DNA of 26,827 bases from positions 1-26,827 of the forward strand of contig CAXFSR010000061.1 of the NCBI GenBank assembly GCA_964005815.1, given 5' to 3'. The number at the start of each line of letters is the position of its first letter. The stretch's first letter is position 1. The position numbers were made by a program, and so were the translations under genes. Shown here piece after piece: positions 16,040-25,256 of this stretch. The stretch is from an uncultured Nitrospinaceae bacterium (GTDB lineage Bacteria; UBA8248). The notes beneath the pieces were generated by a model. That model was not told the DNA's origin. It searched no databases and was given only the letters and a program-made list of their open reading frames with translations.

Positions 16040-17083
16040 ATGAAAGCTCTTGTCTGCTTAGAACCTAATAAGTACGAACTTAGAACCGATATTCCAATTC
16101 CTGAAATTGGTCAAGGAGAGGTTCTTTGTAAAGTTGAATCAGTAGCTATATGTGGGACTGATCTTGGCATAATAGCTGGCAAATTTTATCCTATGTGGCC
16201 GCCTGAATGGCCTTTCATAATTGGTCATGAATGGTCAGGGACAGTCGATAAAGTAGGATGTGGAGTAACAGAATTTAAATCTGGTGATAGAGTTGCAGGG
16301 TCTTCAGCTGTAGGTTGTTCTCAATGTAGAAACTGTATGATCGGGAAATATAATCTCTGTTTGAATTATGGAAACAAAGAGTCAGGGCATAGACAATATG
16401 GAATGACTGCGCAGGGGGCATACGCGGAGTATATAAATGTTAATGCACGTTCTTTGGTGAAAATCCCTGAAGCAATTAGTTTTGAAGAAGCTGCACTACT
16501 TGATACGGCTGGTATAGCACTTCATATTGCAAAAAGAGGAGAAATTAGTGCGGGGGATACTGTGGTTGTAATTGGACCTGGGGCTATAGGCTCGATTGCA
16601 TATCAGTGTGCAAAGGCTTTAGGAGCGGGAAGAGTGATAGTGGTTGGTAGAGGTCATCGTCTCGAAAAAGCTGAGGAATTAGGCTATGAAGTTATTGATT
16701 ATGAAAAGGACAATCCTGTTGATAGTATGAAAATTAAAACTGAAGGTAAAGGACCAGATGTTGTTCTTGAATGTGCTGGAACAGTTGTGGCTATTCGTCA
16801 GGCTGTTGAAATGATTAAAAAAGGAGGAAGAGTTGTTATTGGGGGAATACCATCAGAAGAGGCTTCACTTCCTTTGAATAGATTTGTACTTGATGAAATT
16901 GATGTAGTTGGTTCACGTGCAGCCCCTAATGCGCTTCCTGAAGTTTTGTCTCTTTATAAGTCCGGTGCTCTTAAATTAAAGACTCTAATAACACACAAAT
17001 ATGATATAAATAATTTTTCAGATGCTCTTGGAACATTTGAGAAAAAATTAGATGGTGCTTTGAAAGTAATTGTTGAACCTTAA
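16040..17083 (+). CDS. Zn-dependent medium-chain dehydrogenase (threonine/sorbitol dehydrogenase-like), second copy
   Basis: ICGTD, GHEWSG, CSQCRNC...NLC, GPGAIG, PDVVLECAG. Confidence 0.9.
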   Translation: MKALVCLEPNKYELRTDIPIPEIGQGEVLCKVESVAICGTDLGIIAGKFYPMWPPEWPFIIGHEWSGTVDKVGCGVTEFKSGDRVAGSSAVGCSQCRNCMIGKYNLCLNYGNKESGHRQYGMTAQGAYAEYINVNARSLVKIPEAISFEEAALLDTAGIALHIAKRGEISAGDTVVVIGPGAIGSIAYQCAKALGAGRVIVVGRGHRLEKAEELGYEVIDYEKDNPVDSMKIKTEGKGPDVVLECAGTVVAIRQAVEMIKKGGRVVIGGIPSEEASLPLNRFVLDEIDVVGSRAAPNALPEVLSLYKSGALKLKTLITHKYDINNFSDALGTFEKKLDGALKVIVEP

Positions 17084-17234
17084 TGTAAGTTTTTATTTTA
17101 ACCGTGATATTTCAAACTTGCTATTTATTTATAATTTGTATATTTTAGTTATTTAGATTGATAGTTATTTTTTTGATTGTTTCTTTTCAATAAAGCTTTT
17201 ATTTCTAAGAAGTATTATAGAGGACTTTTAAAAT

Positions 17235-17783
17235 ATGAAGATTACTGATGCGGCTTTGGAAAAAGTTAAAGAAGTAATGGAGAATAATGGTGGCGGGTTT
17301 GCTGGTATTCTTATTAGTTTTGAAGGTGGCTATAGATTGGATTTAGTGAAAGAAGGCGATGAGGGCCAGTACACTAAAATTGAAAATGACCACATAGGTG
17401 TTTTTGCAATGCAAGAACATGTAACGAGGGCAGAGAGGGCTAATGTAGACTTCATAAGTGATGGACCTACTAGCGGATTTAAAGTTACTCGCGATATGCC
17501 TGAATCAGAGTCTTCTTTGATGTCACAAATACAAGAAATAATAGACACTGAAATTAATCCAGCTGTTGCATCTCATGGAGGCTCAATCAATCTTCTTGAC
17601 GTTGAAGAAAAACGTGTTTTTATTCAGATGGGTGGAGGTTGTGCAGGGTGTGGTATGGCAGATGTAACTTTAAAATCTGGAGTTTTAGCAAGGCTTCAGC
17701 AATTAGATCCAGAAATCGAAGTCGTGGATACTACTGATCATGCTTCAGGAGAAAATCCATACTATACGCCAAGTAAAAAATAG
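17235..17783 (+). CDS. nfuA: Fe/S cluster carrier NfuA (degenerate A-type domain plus NifU-C domain)
   Basis: MKITDAA N-terminus; EINPAVASHGG, MGGGCAGCGMADVTLK.G, D.TDHASGENPYY; SD GAGGA. Confidence 0.9.
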   Translation: MKITDAALEKVKEVMENNGGGFAGILISFEGGYRLDLVKEGDEGQYTKIENDHIGVFAMQEHVTRAERANVDFISDGPTSGFKVTRDMPESESSLMSQIQEIIDTEINPAVASHGGSINLLDVEEKRVFIQMGGGCAGCGMADVTLKSGVLARLQQLDPEIEVVDTTDHASGENPYYTPSKK

Positions 17784-17799
17784 ATTAGTTTTTCTCTCG

Positions 17800-19041
17800 T
17801 TATTGGATAGTAAATTCCATTTTTCCGTGTGCTTCTTTTAAAGTTTTTATAGTATTCTCTTGTTCATCTGAGGTTGCGAAGATGAATCCGAGATATCTGT
17901 CACCTTCAGGAAGTTGAACAATTTTTTCTCCTAAAGGAATAGTTATTTCTATTTCTTCTATACCCTTTATTTTTAAACCTTCTTCTTTTCCTTTTACCTC
18001 CTTAAGTATTCCAGATTTTGGTATAGGTATCATCATTACTCCTGAAGAAGAAGACATAGGGACTATTTTAGGAATTTTTTCTCCCATTATGTGACTAAGT
18101 ATAATAGACTCAAGTGAAATTTCATCTAAAAACTTGATAACTCTTGAACATTTACCTCCAATTGTTCTACTTGCAATATCAATGATCCAAGGATTGTCAT
18201 TACTGTCGATTCTTAATTCAGCGTGAATTGGACCATTTGTAAGTTGAATTGCATTTGAAGCATTCTTAGTTTCTTTCAATATTTTTTTTTGGATAGACTG
18301 AGAAAGTTTAGATGGTGTGACATAAATGGTCTCCTCAAAGAACGGTCCTTTAAGTGGTTCGGGTTTGTCAAAAATAGTTAGAGGTACAAACTCTCTATTT
18401 ACAATAAGTCCTTCCACTGCAACTTCTATCCCGTCAATGTAATCTTCTACCAGAATCATTTTCCCTTCATCTTTTCCGCGAATCAAAACTTCTGGTTCAT
18501 CTAAAATATTTTTAATTCTTAAATATGCTGCGTTGAATTCTTCTTTGTTGTTTGCTCTTATTACACCTCGACTTCCTGAGAGAAAAGTAGGTTTCATCAC
18601 ACATGGAAAAGAAATGGATTTTGAGATTAAATCTGGATTTTCCTCAGAGGATATTAATTTAAATTCTGGATTTCTAAGCCCTTCTTCAGATAAAATTTTT
18701 CTAAGCTCATATTTACTCCGTGTAGCACTAACGGATTCTACAGAATGGCATATAAGCCCTAATGAATTTGCGACCATAGATCCTAGAATTAAAGTTTCTT
18801 CATCAATTGCTAGTATTCCTTTTATTGGAAACTTTTCTATATGTTGGATAATTTTTTGTTGACTCAGATTGTTTTTCGAATAATCTAGTGTAATAGAACT
18901 GCCAGGGTTTAAATGCCCTAAAATATCAGGTTGATCTGTTCCAATAATTGGATTTATTGAAAGTTTTTCTGAGGCATCTATGTATGCACCAGCTCTGTAT
19001 GTAGAAGTAGTCATGAGTAAGAGTAAATTATTTTTTTTCAT
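17800..19041 (-). CDS. ATP-grasp domain protein (L-amino-acid ligase-like)
   Basis: FPCVMKP..LSGSRGVIRANN, LVEDYIDG.EVAVEG, GPIHAELR. The real start is probably ATG 19041 (TAATG overlap with the SDR stop), giving 413 aa. Confidence 0.85.
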   Translation of the reverse strand: MKKNNLLLLMTTSTYRAGAYIDASEKLSINPIIGTDQPDILGHLNPGSSITLDYSKNNLSQQKIIQHIEKFPIKGILAIDEETLILGSMVANSLGLICHSVESVSATRSKYELRKILSEEGLRNPEFKLISSEENPDLISKSISFPCVMKPTFLSGSRGVIRANNKEEFNAAYLRIKNILDEPEVLIRGKDEGKMILVEDYIDGIEVAVEGLIVNREFVPLTIFDKPEPLKGPFFEETIYVTPSKLSQSIQKKILKETKNASNAIQLTNGPIHAELRIDSNDNPWIIDIASRTIGGKCSRVIKFLDEISLESIILSHIMGEKIPKIVPMSSSSGVMMIPIPKSGILKEVKGKEEGLKIKGIEEIEITIPLGEKIVQLPEGDRYLGFIFATSDEQENTIKTLKEAHGKMEFTIQ

Positions 19042-19820
19042 TAGCTTGCGTACCAGCCACCATCTACAAGTATTGAGGTGCCAGTAATTAAATTGCTTGC
19101 TTCTGATGAAAGAAAAATACATGGACCTATAAGCTCTTCCATTTTTCCAAATCTTCCCATAGGTGTCCGTTTGCAAATGGCATCGTAAACTAAATGGTCT
19201 TCTTTAAGAACATTGGTTAAGGGAGTTTCAATAAAAGTAGGACATATAGCGTTAACTTGTATATTGTCTTCAGCCCAGTCTATAGCAAAAGAACGTGTAA
19301 GTGATATAACGCCTCCTTTGCTTGAAGCGTAGGGGGCATAGGTTTGTTTCTTCGGATTACGAAAAACAGACCATCCCATTAAAGAAGCAATATTTATTAC
19401 CTTTCCTCCATTATACTTTTTCATTTCATTGCCAGCTTCTCTAGTCATAAAAAAATAGCTTTTTAGATTTAAATCGAGCACTTTGTCCCAATCTTCTTCA
19501 GTGACTTCGTTTACTGTTTTTCGCACATTGGTTCCCGCATTGTTAACTAAAATATCTAATCCACCTAAATTCATTGAACATTCTGAAATAATTTGTTTGC
19601 AGTTTGAAAAATCAGTGATATCTGATTCAATAAAGACACATTTTTTACCTAGCTTTTGAATTTCTTCCTTGATTTCTGTACTTTTAGAAATATCAATATC
19701 TGTTATAGCAATATCTGCACCGGCACTCGCAAGACCTATTGCTATGGTTTTACCTATTCCTCTTCCACCGCCAGTAACAAGTGCCTTTTTTCCATTCAAA
19801 TCAAATAAATAGTGGGTCAT
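19041..19820 (-). CDS. Classical short-chain dehydrogenase/reductase (KduD/gluconate 5-dehydrogenase-like)
   Basis: TGGGRGIG, DILVNNAG, catalytic S and YASSK, VNAICP, RTPMGRFG, VDGG; SD AGGGGG. Confidence 0.92.
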   Translation of the reverse strand: MTHYLFDLNGKKALVTGGGRGIGKTIAIGLASAGADIAITDIDISKSTEIKEEIQKLGKKCVFIESDITDFSNCKQIISECSMNLGGLDILVNNAGTNVRKTVNEVTEEDWDKVLDLNLKSYFFMTREAGNEMKKYNGGKVINIASLMGWSVFRNPKKQTYAPYASSKGGVISLTRSFAIDWAEDNIQVNAICPTFIETPLTNVLKEDHLVYDAICKRTPMGRFGKMEELIGPCIFLSSEASNLITGTSILVDGGWYAS

Positions 19821-20018
19821 TTTCCCCCCTGTAAAAAAATTTAAGCAAGAAGTTAATTTTTTAAATTATTTAAGCATACGATGACTTATTTGTTACTCAA
19901 AGCTTAACATTTATCGATTCTGATTAAAATTTTTAAAATAATGCTTTTTAAGACATACTTTAAAGATGTAAAATATAATACATGTGTTTTTAAATCTTTC
20001 ATCAAGGAATCTTAGGAC

Positions 20019-20813
20019 ATCAAACTTTCTAATGTACATGCCGTCATTTTTGACCTTGAAGGTGTTTTTTTTGCTGGAGAGGCAGTTTTGCCTGGTGCTC
20101 TAGAGGTTATGAAGACAATCCATGAGAAAAAGTTCCCTCATCGTTTTATCACCAATATTTCTAAGGAAAATGTTTCGGAAATTTATGATCATATGTTCTC
20201 AATCGGACTGAATCCGGATAAAAAAAACATAATTGGATTGTTGGACTATGCGGGTATATTTTTGAGAAGAATTTTTAACGATTTAAACACAGTTTTTGTT
20301 ATTGGATCAGAAGAACTGCGACTTTCCGTTTCCAATGCCGGATTCGAAGATTTGACGCTGGAAAACCCAGATAAAGTAGATATTGTATTGACTGGACTTG
20401 ATGAAGAATTAACGTATTTTTCACTGAGTAAAGCGTCTTATTTAGTTGCTAAAGGAGCGAAATTCGTATCCATGAATTCAGATGTAAGAAGACCTTCCGG
20501 AGCAGGTGCTGAATTTCTTCTTGGAGGTGGTGCTATAGCTGAAGTTATAAGAGTTTCTTCAGGAAAGGATCCAGTTGTTATTGGAAAGCCTTCACCCTAT
20601 CTATTTCAAGAAGCTATTATCCAGATGAATCTGTCGACTGAAAATATTTTAATGGTTGGAGATAATCTCCGTACAGATATTATTGGGGCATCGAATTTAG
20701 GGATGAAAACGGTTTGGATTAATCGTTGGGGAAAAATTAAAGGGGATCCTGAAGTTATTCCTGATCTAGAGATAAAGACTATTGATGAATTACTCCCTTT
20801 TTTGTCTTTGTAG
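20019..20813 (+). CDS. HAD-IIA hydrolase (NagD-like); start codon uncertain
   Basis: In-frame motif I AVIFDLEGV (20040-20066) lies upstream of the first canonical start (TTG 20088). Also FITN (motif II), GKPS (III) and MVGDNL.TDI.GA (IV). An in-frame TAG sits at 20013-20015. Confidence 0.8.
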   Translation: MKLSNVHAVIFDLEGVFFAGEAVLPGALEVMKTIHEKKFPHRFITNISKENVSEIYDHMFSIGLNPDKKNIIGLLDYAGIFLRRIFNDLNTVFVIGSEELRLSVSNAGFEDLTLENPDKVDIVLTGLDEELTYFSLSKASYLVAKGAKFVSMNSDVRRPSGAGAEFLLGGGAIAEVIRVSSGKDPVVIGKPSPYLFQEAIIQMNLSTENILMVGDNLRTDIIGASNLGMKTVWINRWGKIKGDPEVIPDLEIKTIDELLPFLSL

Positions 20814-20850
20814 TGTTTTACATTTTATTTTTTTAAGTTTTGCAGTTTGT

Positions 20851-21075
20851 TTATTTTTTAGAAAAGAAATTTATAAGAAATGAGATTAAAATGCTGATTA
20901 AGATACAAGTTATGATAGGAAAATGAAAACTCCATTTTTCCCCTTTTAAATGGATATCTCCGGGAAGTCGCCCGAAAAAAGATATTTTTGGAAAGAACCA
21001 TAGAATAAGGCCTAAGCATATTAAGGCAATTCCTAGAAAAATTATTAGTTTTGGAAAATTACCTAAAGGGGACAA
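20851..21075 (-). CDS. DUF2905-family small membrane protein
   Basis: GRLPGDI motif and F.FPI.TCILIS between two hydrophobic helices; position downstream of ruvB is typical. Confidence 0.85.
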   Translation of the reverse strand: MSPLGNFPKLIIFLGIALICLGLILWFFPKISFFGRLPGDIHLKGEKWSFHFPIITCILISILISFLINFFSKK

Positions 21076-21093
21076 GTTAATCTTCTGCCTTTT

Positions 21094-22137
21094 TTAACTA
21101 GAGTCTTCATCAAAAGATAAATCATTTTGGAAATCTTTAGGAACTTTTAATCCAAGATGGGTAAAAGCAAGATCTGAAGCACATCTTCCAGACCGAGTCC
21201 TTTTCAAAAAGCTTGTACGAAGCAAATATGGTTCGACCATATCTACGAGACTGTCAGTGTCCTCATTAAGAGTTGCAGCCAAAGCTTCTACCCCCACAGG
21301 ACCACCTTTATAGAGTTCTATTATTGTTTTGAGGTAATTTCTATCTAATTCATCTAATCCCTTTTCATCTACGTTTTCCATAGCAAGAGCCTCATTAGTA
21401 GATTCTAAAGTGATGTCTTTCTTGCCTTTAGAGTGTATATAATCTCGAACCCAAAGTAATAGACGATTTGCCGTTCTTGGAGTACCCCTGCTTCTTTTTG
21501 CTAGTTCTGCGGAGGCTTTTTCTTCAATTTTTAGATTAAGACGTTTTGCACTTTGATTTATAATAATTTCTAGTTCTTTCTCATTGTAGAAGTCAACGTG
21601 ATACATTAAGTAGAATCGATCCCTGAGAGCAGCTGTTATTGAACCTGGTCTTGTTGTTGCACCAACAAGTGTAAAACGTTTTAATGAAAAATTCATAGTT
21701 CTTGCCATTGGTCCCTGATCTATTACAAAGTCTACTTGAAAGTCCTCTATTGCAGGATATAGGAATTCTTCTACAGTACGAGGTAGTCGATGAAGTTCAT
21801 CGATAAATAAAACATCTCCTTCTTGTAGGCTAGTAAGTATTCCCATAAGGTCAGCGGGTCTCGATAAAGCTGGACCTGAGGTCTTTACTAATCTAGAGTT
21901 CATCTCCTCAGCAATAATATGAGATAGAGTAGTTTTCCCAAGTCCCGGTGGACCATGAAATAAAATATGTCGAACGGGTTCTTCTCTTTTGAGCGATGCA
22001 TCCATAGCTATAGACAATTTATCTATAAGATTCTTTTGTCCTACGTATTCTGAAAGTTTTGTGGGTCTTAGAGATAAAAATTTGTCTTCTTCTTCTATAC
22101 TTCCTTTTTGTCCGGAGATACGTCTTTCAATAACCAA
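21094..22137 (-). CDS. ruvB: Holliday junction branch migration helicase RuvB
   Basis: LRP....YVGQ, GPPGLGKTTL, TSGP, LFIDELHRL, GATTR, RSRGTPR.ANRLL, GGPVG, EPYLL; TTG start with AGGGG SD. Confidence 0.97.
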   Translation of the reverse strand: MVIERRISGQKGSIEEEDKFLSLRPTKLSEYVGQKNLIDKLSIAMDASLKREEPVRHILFHGPPGLGKTTLSHIIAEEMNSRLVKTSGPALSRPADLMGILTSLQEGDVLFIDELHRLPRTVEEFLYPAIEDFQVDFVIDQGPMARTMNFSLKRFTLVGATTRPGSITAALRDRFYLMYHVDFYNEKELEIIINQSAKRLNLKIEEKASAELAKRSRGTPRTANRLLLWVRDYIHSKGKKDITLESTNEALAMENVDEKGLDELDRNYLKTIIELYKGGPVGVEALAATLNEDTDSLVDMVEPYLLRTSFLKRTRSGRCASDLAFTHLGLKVPKDFQNDLSFDEDSS

Positions 22138-22147
22138 TTTTGTCCCC

Positions 22148-22783
22148 TTAATTACTCAGACGAAAAACCTCTTCTAAGATGGATTCAGTAGAGGCTTCAT
22201 TTCCTATTTTTTCAAGAGCACGGATAACTAAATTCTCTGCTTCATTTGTTTTATAGCCTAATTGTGTAATCAATACTTCAGTTGCTTCAGAAGAATTTGA
22301 GTTTTGATTAAATGATTTTGTGATTTTATCTCCATTTTGGGATTTAAAAATCTTATTAAACTCTTGAGACTGAAGTTTGGAGACGATTTGTTCAGCTTTT
22401 TTTTTGCCTATACCAGGGAGTTTGTTAAGTACAGGCAAATTAGAATTTGCTATAGCATCGGCAATGAGATCGGGGGATATTCCTAATGCCTTTATTCCAC
22501 TCCTTGCACTTATTCCAGGGACTTTAATAAATCTTATGAAAAAATCCCTTTCTTCTTTCGACAAAAATCCTATTAGTCTTGGTATCATTTGACTAGAGGT
22601 AACATTACCTTCTAGATAATGATATGTATGCAGTTCAATAGGTTGATTTTCTTCCATTTTTATTTGTATTTCTGGTACCGCGTATCCACCAATATACATT
22701 TCATATGTCACACCAGTTTCGTTACAAATAGAGATGGTGTCATCTTCAACATATTCTACTTTCCCAAAAATTTTACTTATCAT
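22148..22783 (-). CDS. ruvA: Holliday junction branch migration protein RuvA
   Basis: MISKIFG, GV.YE, LIGF, HhH motifs VPGISAR and LPGIGKKKAEQI, LGY; located between ruvC and ruvB. Confidence 0.92.
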   Translation of the reverse strand: MISKIFGKVEYVEDDTISICNETGVTYEMYIGGYAVPEIQIKMEENQPIELHTYHYLEGNVTSSQMIPRLIGFLSKEERDFFIRFIKVPGISARSGIKALGISPDLIADAIANSNLPVLNKLPGIGKKKAEQIVSKLQSQEFNKIFKSQNGDKITKSFNQNSNSSEATEVLITQLGYKTNEAENLVIRALEKIGNEASTESILEEVFRLSN

Positions 22784-22803
22784 TTATAACCATTCTTATA
22801 AAA

Positions 22804-23313
22804 TTAGTTTCTAGTAAAATGACGATCAAAATCACAATAGGCAGCCGCAATTGCATCAGCTAGATCAGGTGGTTCTGGCAAATCAGTCAAATTGAGACGT
22901 TGTTGGACTACCATTTGAATTTGCATTTTGGTTGCTCTTCCTACACCTAACAAAGATTTTTTTATTTCAGTTGCTGAATAATTATGAACGGGAATTTTTT
23001 CTTTAGATGCAGCAAGTAGGATAACTCCTCGAGCATGACCCATAATAATTGAAGTTCGTGGATGATTGTAGTGACTATATAAGTTCTCTACTGCCATTAC
23101 ATCTGGCTTATGTTCTAAGATTATTTTAGAAAGGTCTGTAAATAAATTGCATAGTTTAATTTCTAAGGTGTCTTTTTTTTTGTTATTCAATACTCCACCT
23201 TCTACAAGAATAGGATCTTTTCTTTTGTCTTCAGCTAGTAGTATAGCATAACCCGTACATGCGAGACCTGGATCTATACCTAGGATGTAGTAGGGAGAAT
23301 TTTGTGTTTTCAT
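22804..23313 (-). CDS. ruvC: Crossover junction endodeoxyribonuclease RuvC
   Basis: ILGIDPG...TGY, AVE, GHARGV, IKK...G.GRATK.Q, DLADAIAAA. Confidence 0.96.
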   Translation of the reverse strand: MKTQNSPYYILGIDPGLACTGYAILLAEDKRKDPILVEGGVLNNKKKDTLEIKLCNLFTDLSKIILEHKPDVMAVENLYSHYNHPRTSIIMGHARGVILLAASKEKIPVHNYSATEIKKSLLGVGRATKMQIQMVVQQRLNLTDLPEPPDLADAIAAAYCDFDRHFTRN

Positions 23314-23341
23314 CTAAAAGTATTTCGTTTAGGCGGTAATT

Positions 23342-24091
23342 TCAAAGAGTTACTTTTTCCATTTCTTCATCAGAAATATCGAAGTTCGCGTAGACACTTT
23401 GAACATCGTCGTTATCTTCTATCGATTCAAGTAAACGTAGCATTTGCTCAGCATCTTTTCCTTCAAGTTTTATAGTTGTTTTTGGAATCATTGAGACCTC
23501 TGCTGATTCCGGAATGAATTTATTTTCTTTAATTACATTAAGCACGAATTCAAATTTTTCAGGTGTAGTATGAATTTCGTAAAATTCTTCTGTAACCTGC
23601 ATATCTTCTGCATCAGATTCAAGAACTATCTCCATGAGACGGTCTTCATCGTGATCATTTTTAGGAATTAATATGAGTCCTTTTTTTTCAAAATTCCAAG
23701 CTACTGCATTAGGTTCTGCCATGTTCCCAGAGCTTTTGGTCAATAAATGGCGGATCTCAGAACCAGTTCTATTTTTATTGTCGGTAAGGACATTGATTAA
23801 AATCGCAACACCTCCGGGACCGTATCCTTCGTAAGAAAGTTCTTCGTAGGAAACTCCATCTAAATCTCCGGTTCCCTTTGCAATTGCTCGGGTTATATTA
23901 TCTTGAGGCATATTGGCAGATTTTGCTGCTTGTACAGCAGTCCTTAATCTAGGGTTTCCATCTATATCCCCGCCACCAATTCTTGCAGCTACAGTTATTT
24001 CTTTAATTAGTTTTGTGAATATTTTTCCTCTCTTTGCATCCACAGCACCTTTTTTACGTTTTATTGTACTCCACTTCGAGTGACCCGACAT
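23342..24091 (-). CDS. yebC: YebC/PmpR family protein
   Basis: [53 protein letters not shown]. Confidence 0.97.
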   Translation of the reverse strand: MSGHSKWSTIKRKKGAVDAKRGKIFTKLIKEITVAARIGGGDIDGNPRLRTAVQAAKSANMPQDNITRAIAKGTGDLDGVSYEELSYEGYGPGGVAILINVLTDNKNRTGSEIRHLLTKSSGNMAEPNAVAWNFEKKGLILIPKNDHDEDRLMEIVLESDAEDMQVTEEFYEIHTTPEKFEFVLNVIKENKFIPESAEVSMIPKTTIKLEGKDAEQMLRLLESIEDNDDVQSVYANFDISDEEMEKVTL

Positions 24092-24285
24092 ATCTTTCAG
24101 TCTCCCTTAATTACAGATTCTCTATTTATCGTAACTCATTAATTTTTAGCATGTGGCTTAAAGATAGTAAAGAAGTTTTCTAATCATGAATTTAAATAAC
24201 TTAATGATTATTTTTTTTGTATAGACTTGGATTCCATGTAATGGTATTTAAGACACTTGGATATCTTTGTCTATATAAGGAAAGA

Positions 24286-25251
24286 ATGATGGATCCTCTC
24301 GAAAGAGGTAGAAAAACTATAGATATAGAAATTAATGCATTACAAAATCTCCCAGATCGTATGGGTAAAGATTTTGTTCATGCAGTTGAATTAATTATTG
24401 CATGTAATGGGCATGTAGTTGTCACTGGGATAGGGAAAAGTGGACTTATAGCGCAAAAAATTTCTGCTACTCTCGCTAGTACAGGTACTCCATCTTTTTT
24501 CATTCATCCCGTAGAGGGAGTGCATGGCGATTTGGGAATGGTGAAAGATGGCGATGTAGTTTTAGCCTTATCCTTTAGTGGTGAAACTGAAGAATTATTG
24601 AGAGTTTTACCAGTATTCGCGAGACTTGGGATGGATCTAATTGCAATAACTGGAAATAAAAACTCTACGCTGGCTAAACAAGCGGTTTCTATTTTAGATG
24701 TTTCTGTTGATCAAGAAGCTTGTCCTATTAATCTTGCTCCTACCGCAAGTACAACAGCTACACTGGCGATGGGAGATGCTCTTGCAATGTCTGTTTTAGA
24801 AGGGAAAGGATTTCGTCCAGAAGATTTCGCGCAATTTCATCCAGGTGGAGTTTTAGGAAGAAGTCTTATTAGAGTGGAAGAGATTATGACAACAGGTCTA
24901 GATATTCCTTTCGTCGATGAAAAAGTTCTAATTGAAGAAGTTGTGAAAGAAATAGGTCTTAAAAGGTTAGGAATGACATGTGTCGTTGATCAATCAAAAC
25001 GCTTAGTTGGTATTATCACTGATGGTGATCTTCGAAGATCTTTAGAGAAGAAAATTGATTGGTCATCCGCTTGTGCGAATGAATTAATGTCTAATGTTCC
25101 TCATCGAATTAATCCAAAAGAAATGGCTGCTGTAGCATTACATCGTATGGAATCATCCTCAATTACTTCTCTCGTTGTCTGTGAAGAAGGTTCCAATGAG
25201 GTTGTTGGAGTCATCCATCTTCACCAAATTCTCAAGAAGGGAATTGCTTAA
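24286..25251 (+). CDS. kdsD: Arabinose-5-phosphate isomerase, KpsF/GutQ family (SIS plus two CBS domains)
   Basis: TGIGKSG, ASTGTP, HGDLG, SFSGET, EACP.NLAPTAST, GDALA, FHPGG, GIITDGDLRR. Start is probably ATG 24286 or 24289 after AAGGA. Confidence 0.93.
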   Translation: MMDPLERGRKTIDIEINALQNLPDRMGKDFVHAVELIIACNGHVVVTGIGKSGLIAQKISATLASTGTPSFFIHPVEGVHGDLGMVKDGDVVLALSFSGETEELLRVLPVFARLGMDLIAITGNKNSTLAKQAVSILDVSVDQEACPINLAPTASTTATLAMGDALAMSVLEGKGFRPEDFAQFHPGGVLGRSLIRVEEIMTTGLDIPFVDEKVLIEEVVKEIGLKRLGMTCVVDQSKRLVGIITDGDLRRSLEKKIDWSSACANELMSNVPHRINPKEMAAVALHRMESSSITSLVVCEEGSNEVVGVIHLHQILKKGIA

Positions 25252-25256
25252 AAGTT

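Noticed and set aside
19042..19176. 45-aa N-terminal extension of the ATP-grasp ORF
   Set aside because: It overlaps the conserved SDR C-terminus in another frame; the TAATG coupling at 19041 is the more plausible start.
24217..24285. N-terminal extension of kdsD from TTG 24217
   Set aside because: No SD sequence; the SIS domain begins after ATG 24286/24289, which follows AAGGA, and the stretch looks promoter-like.
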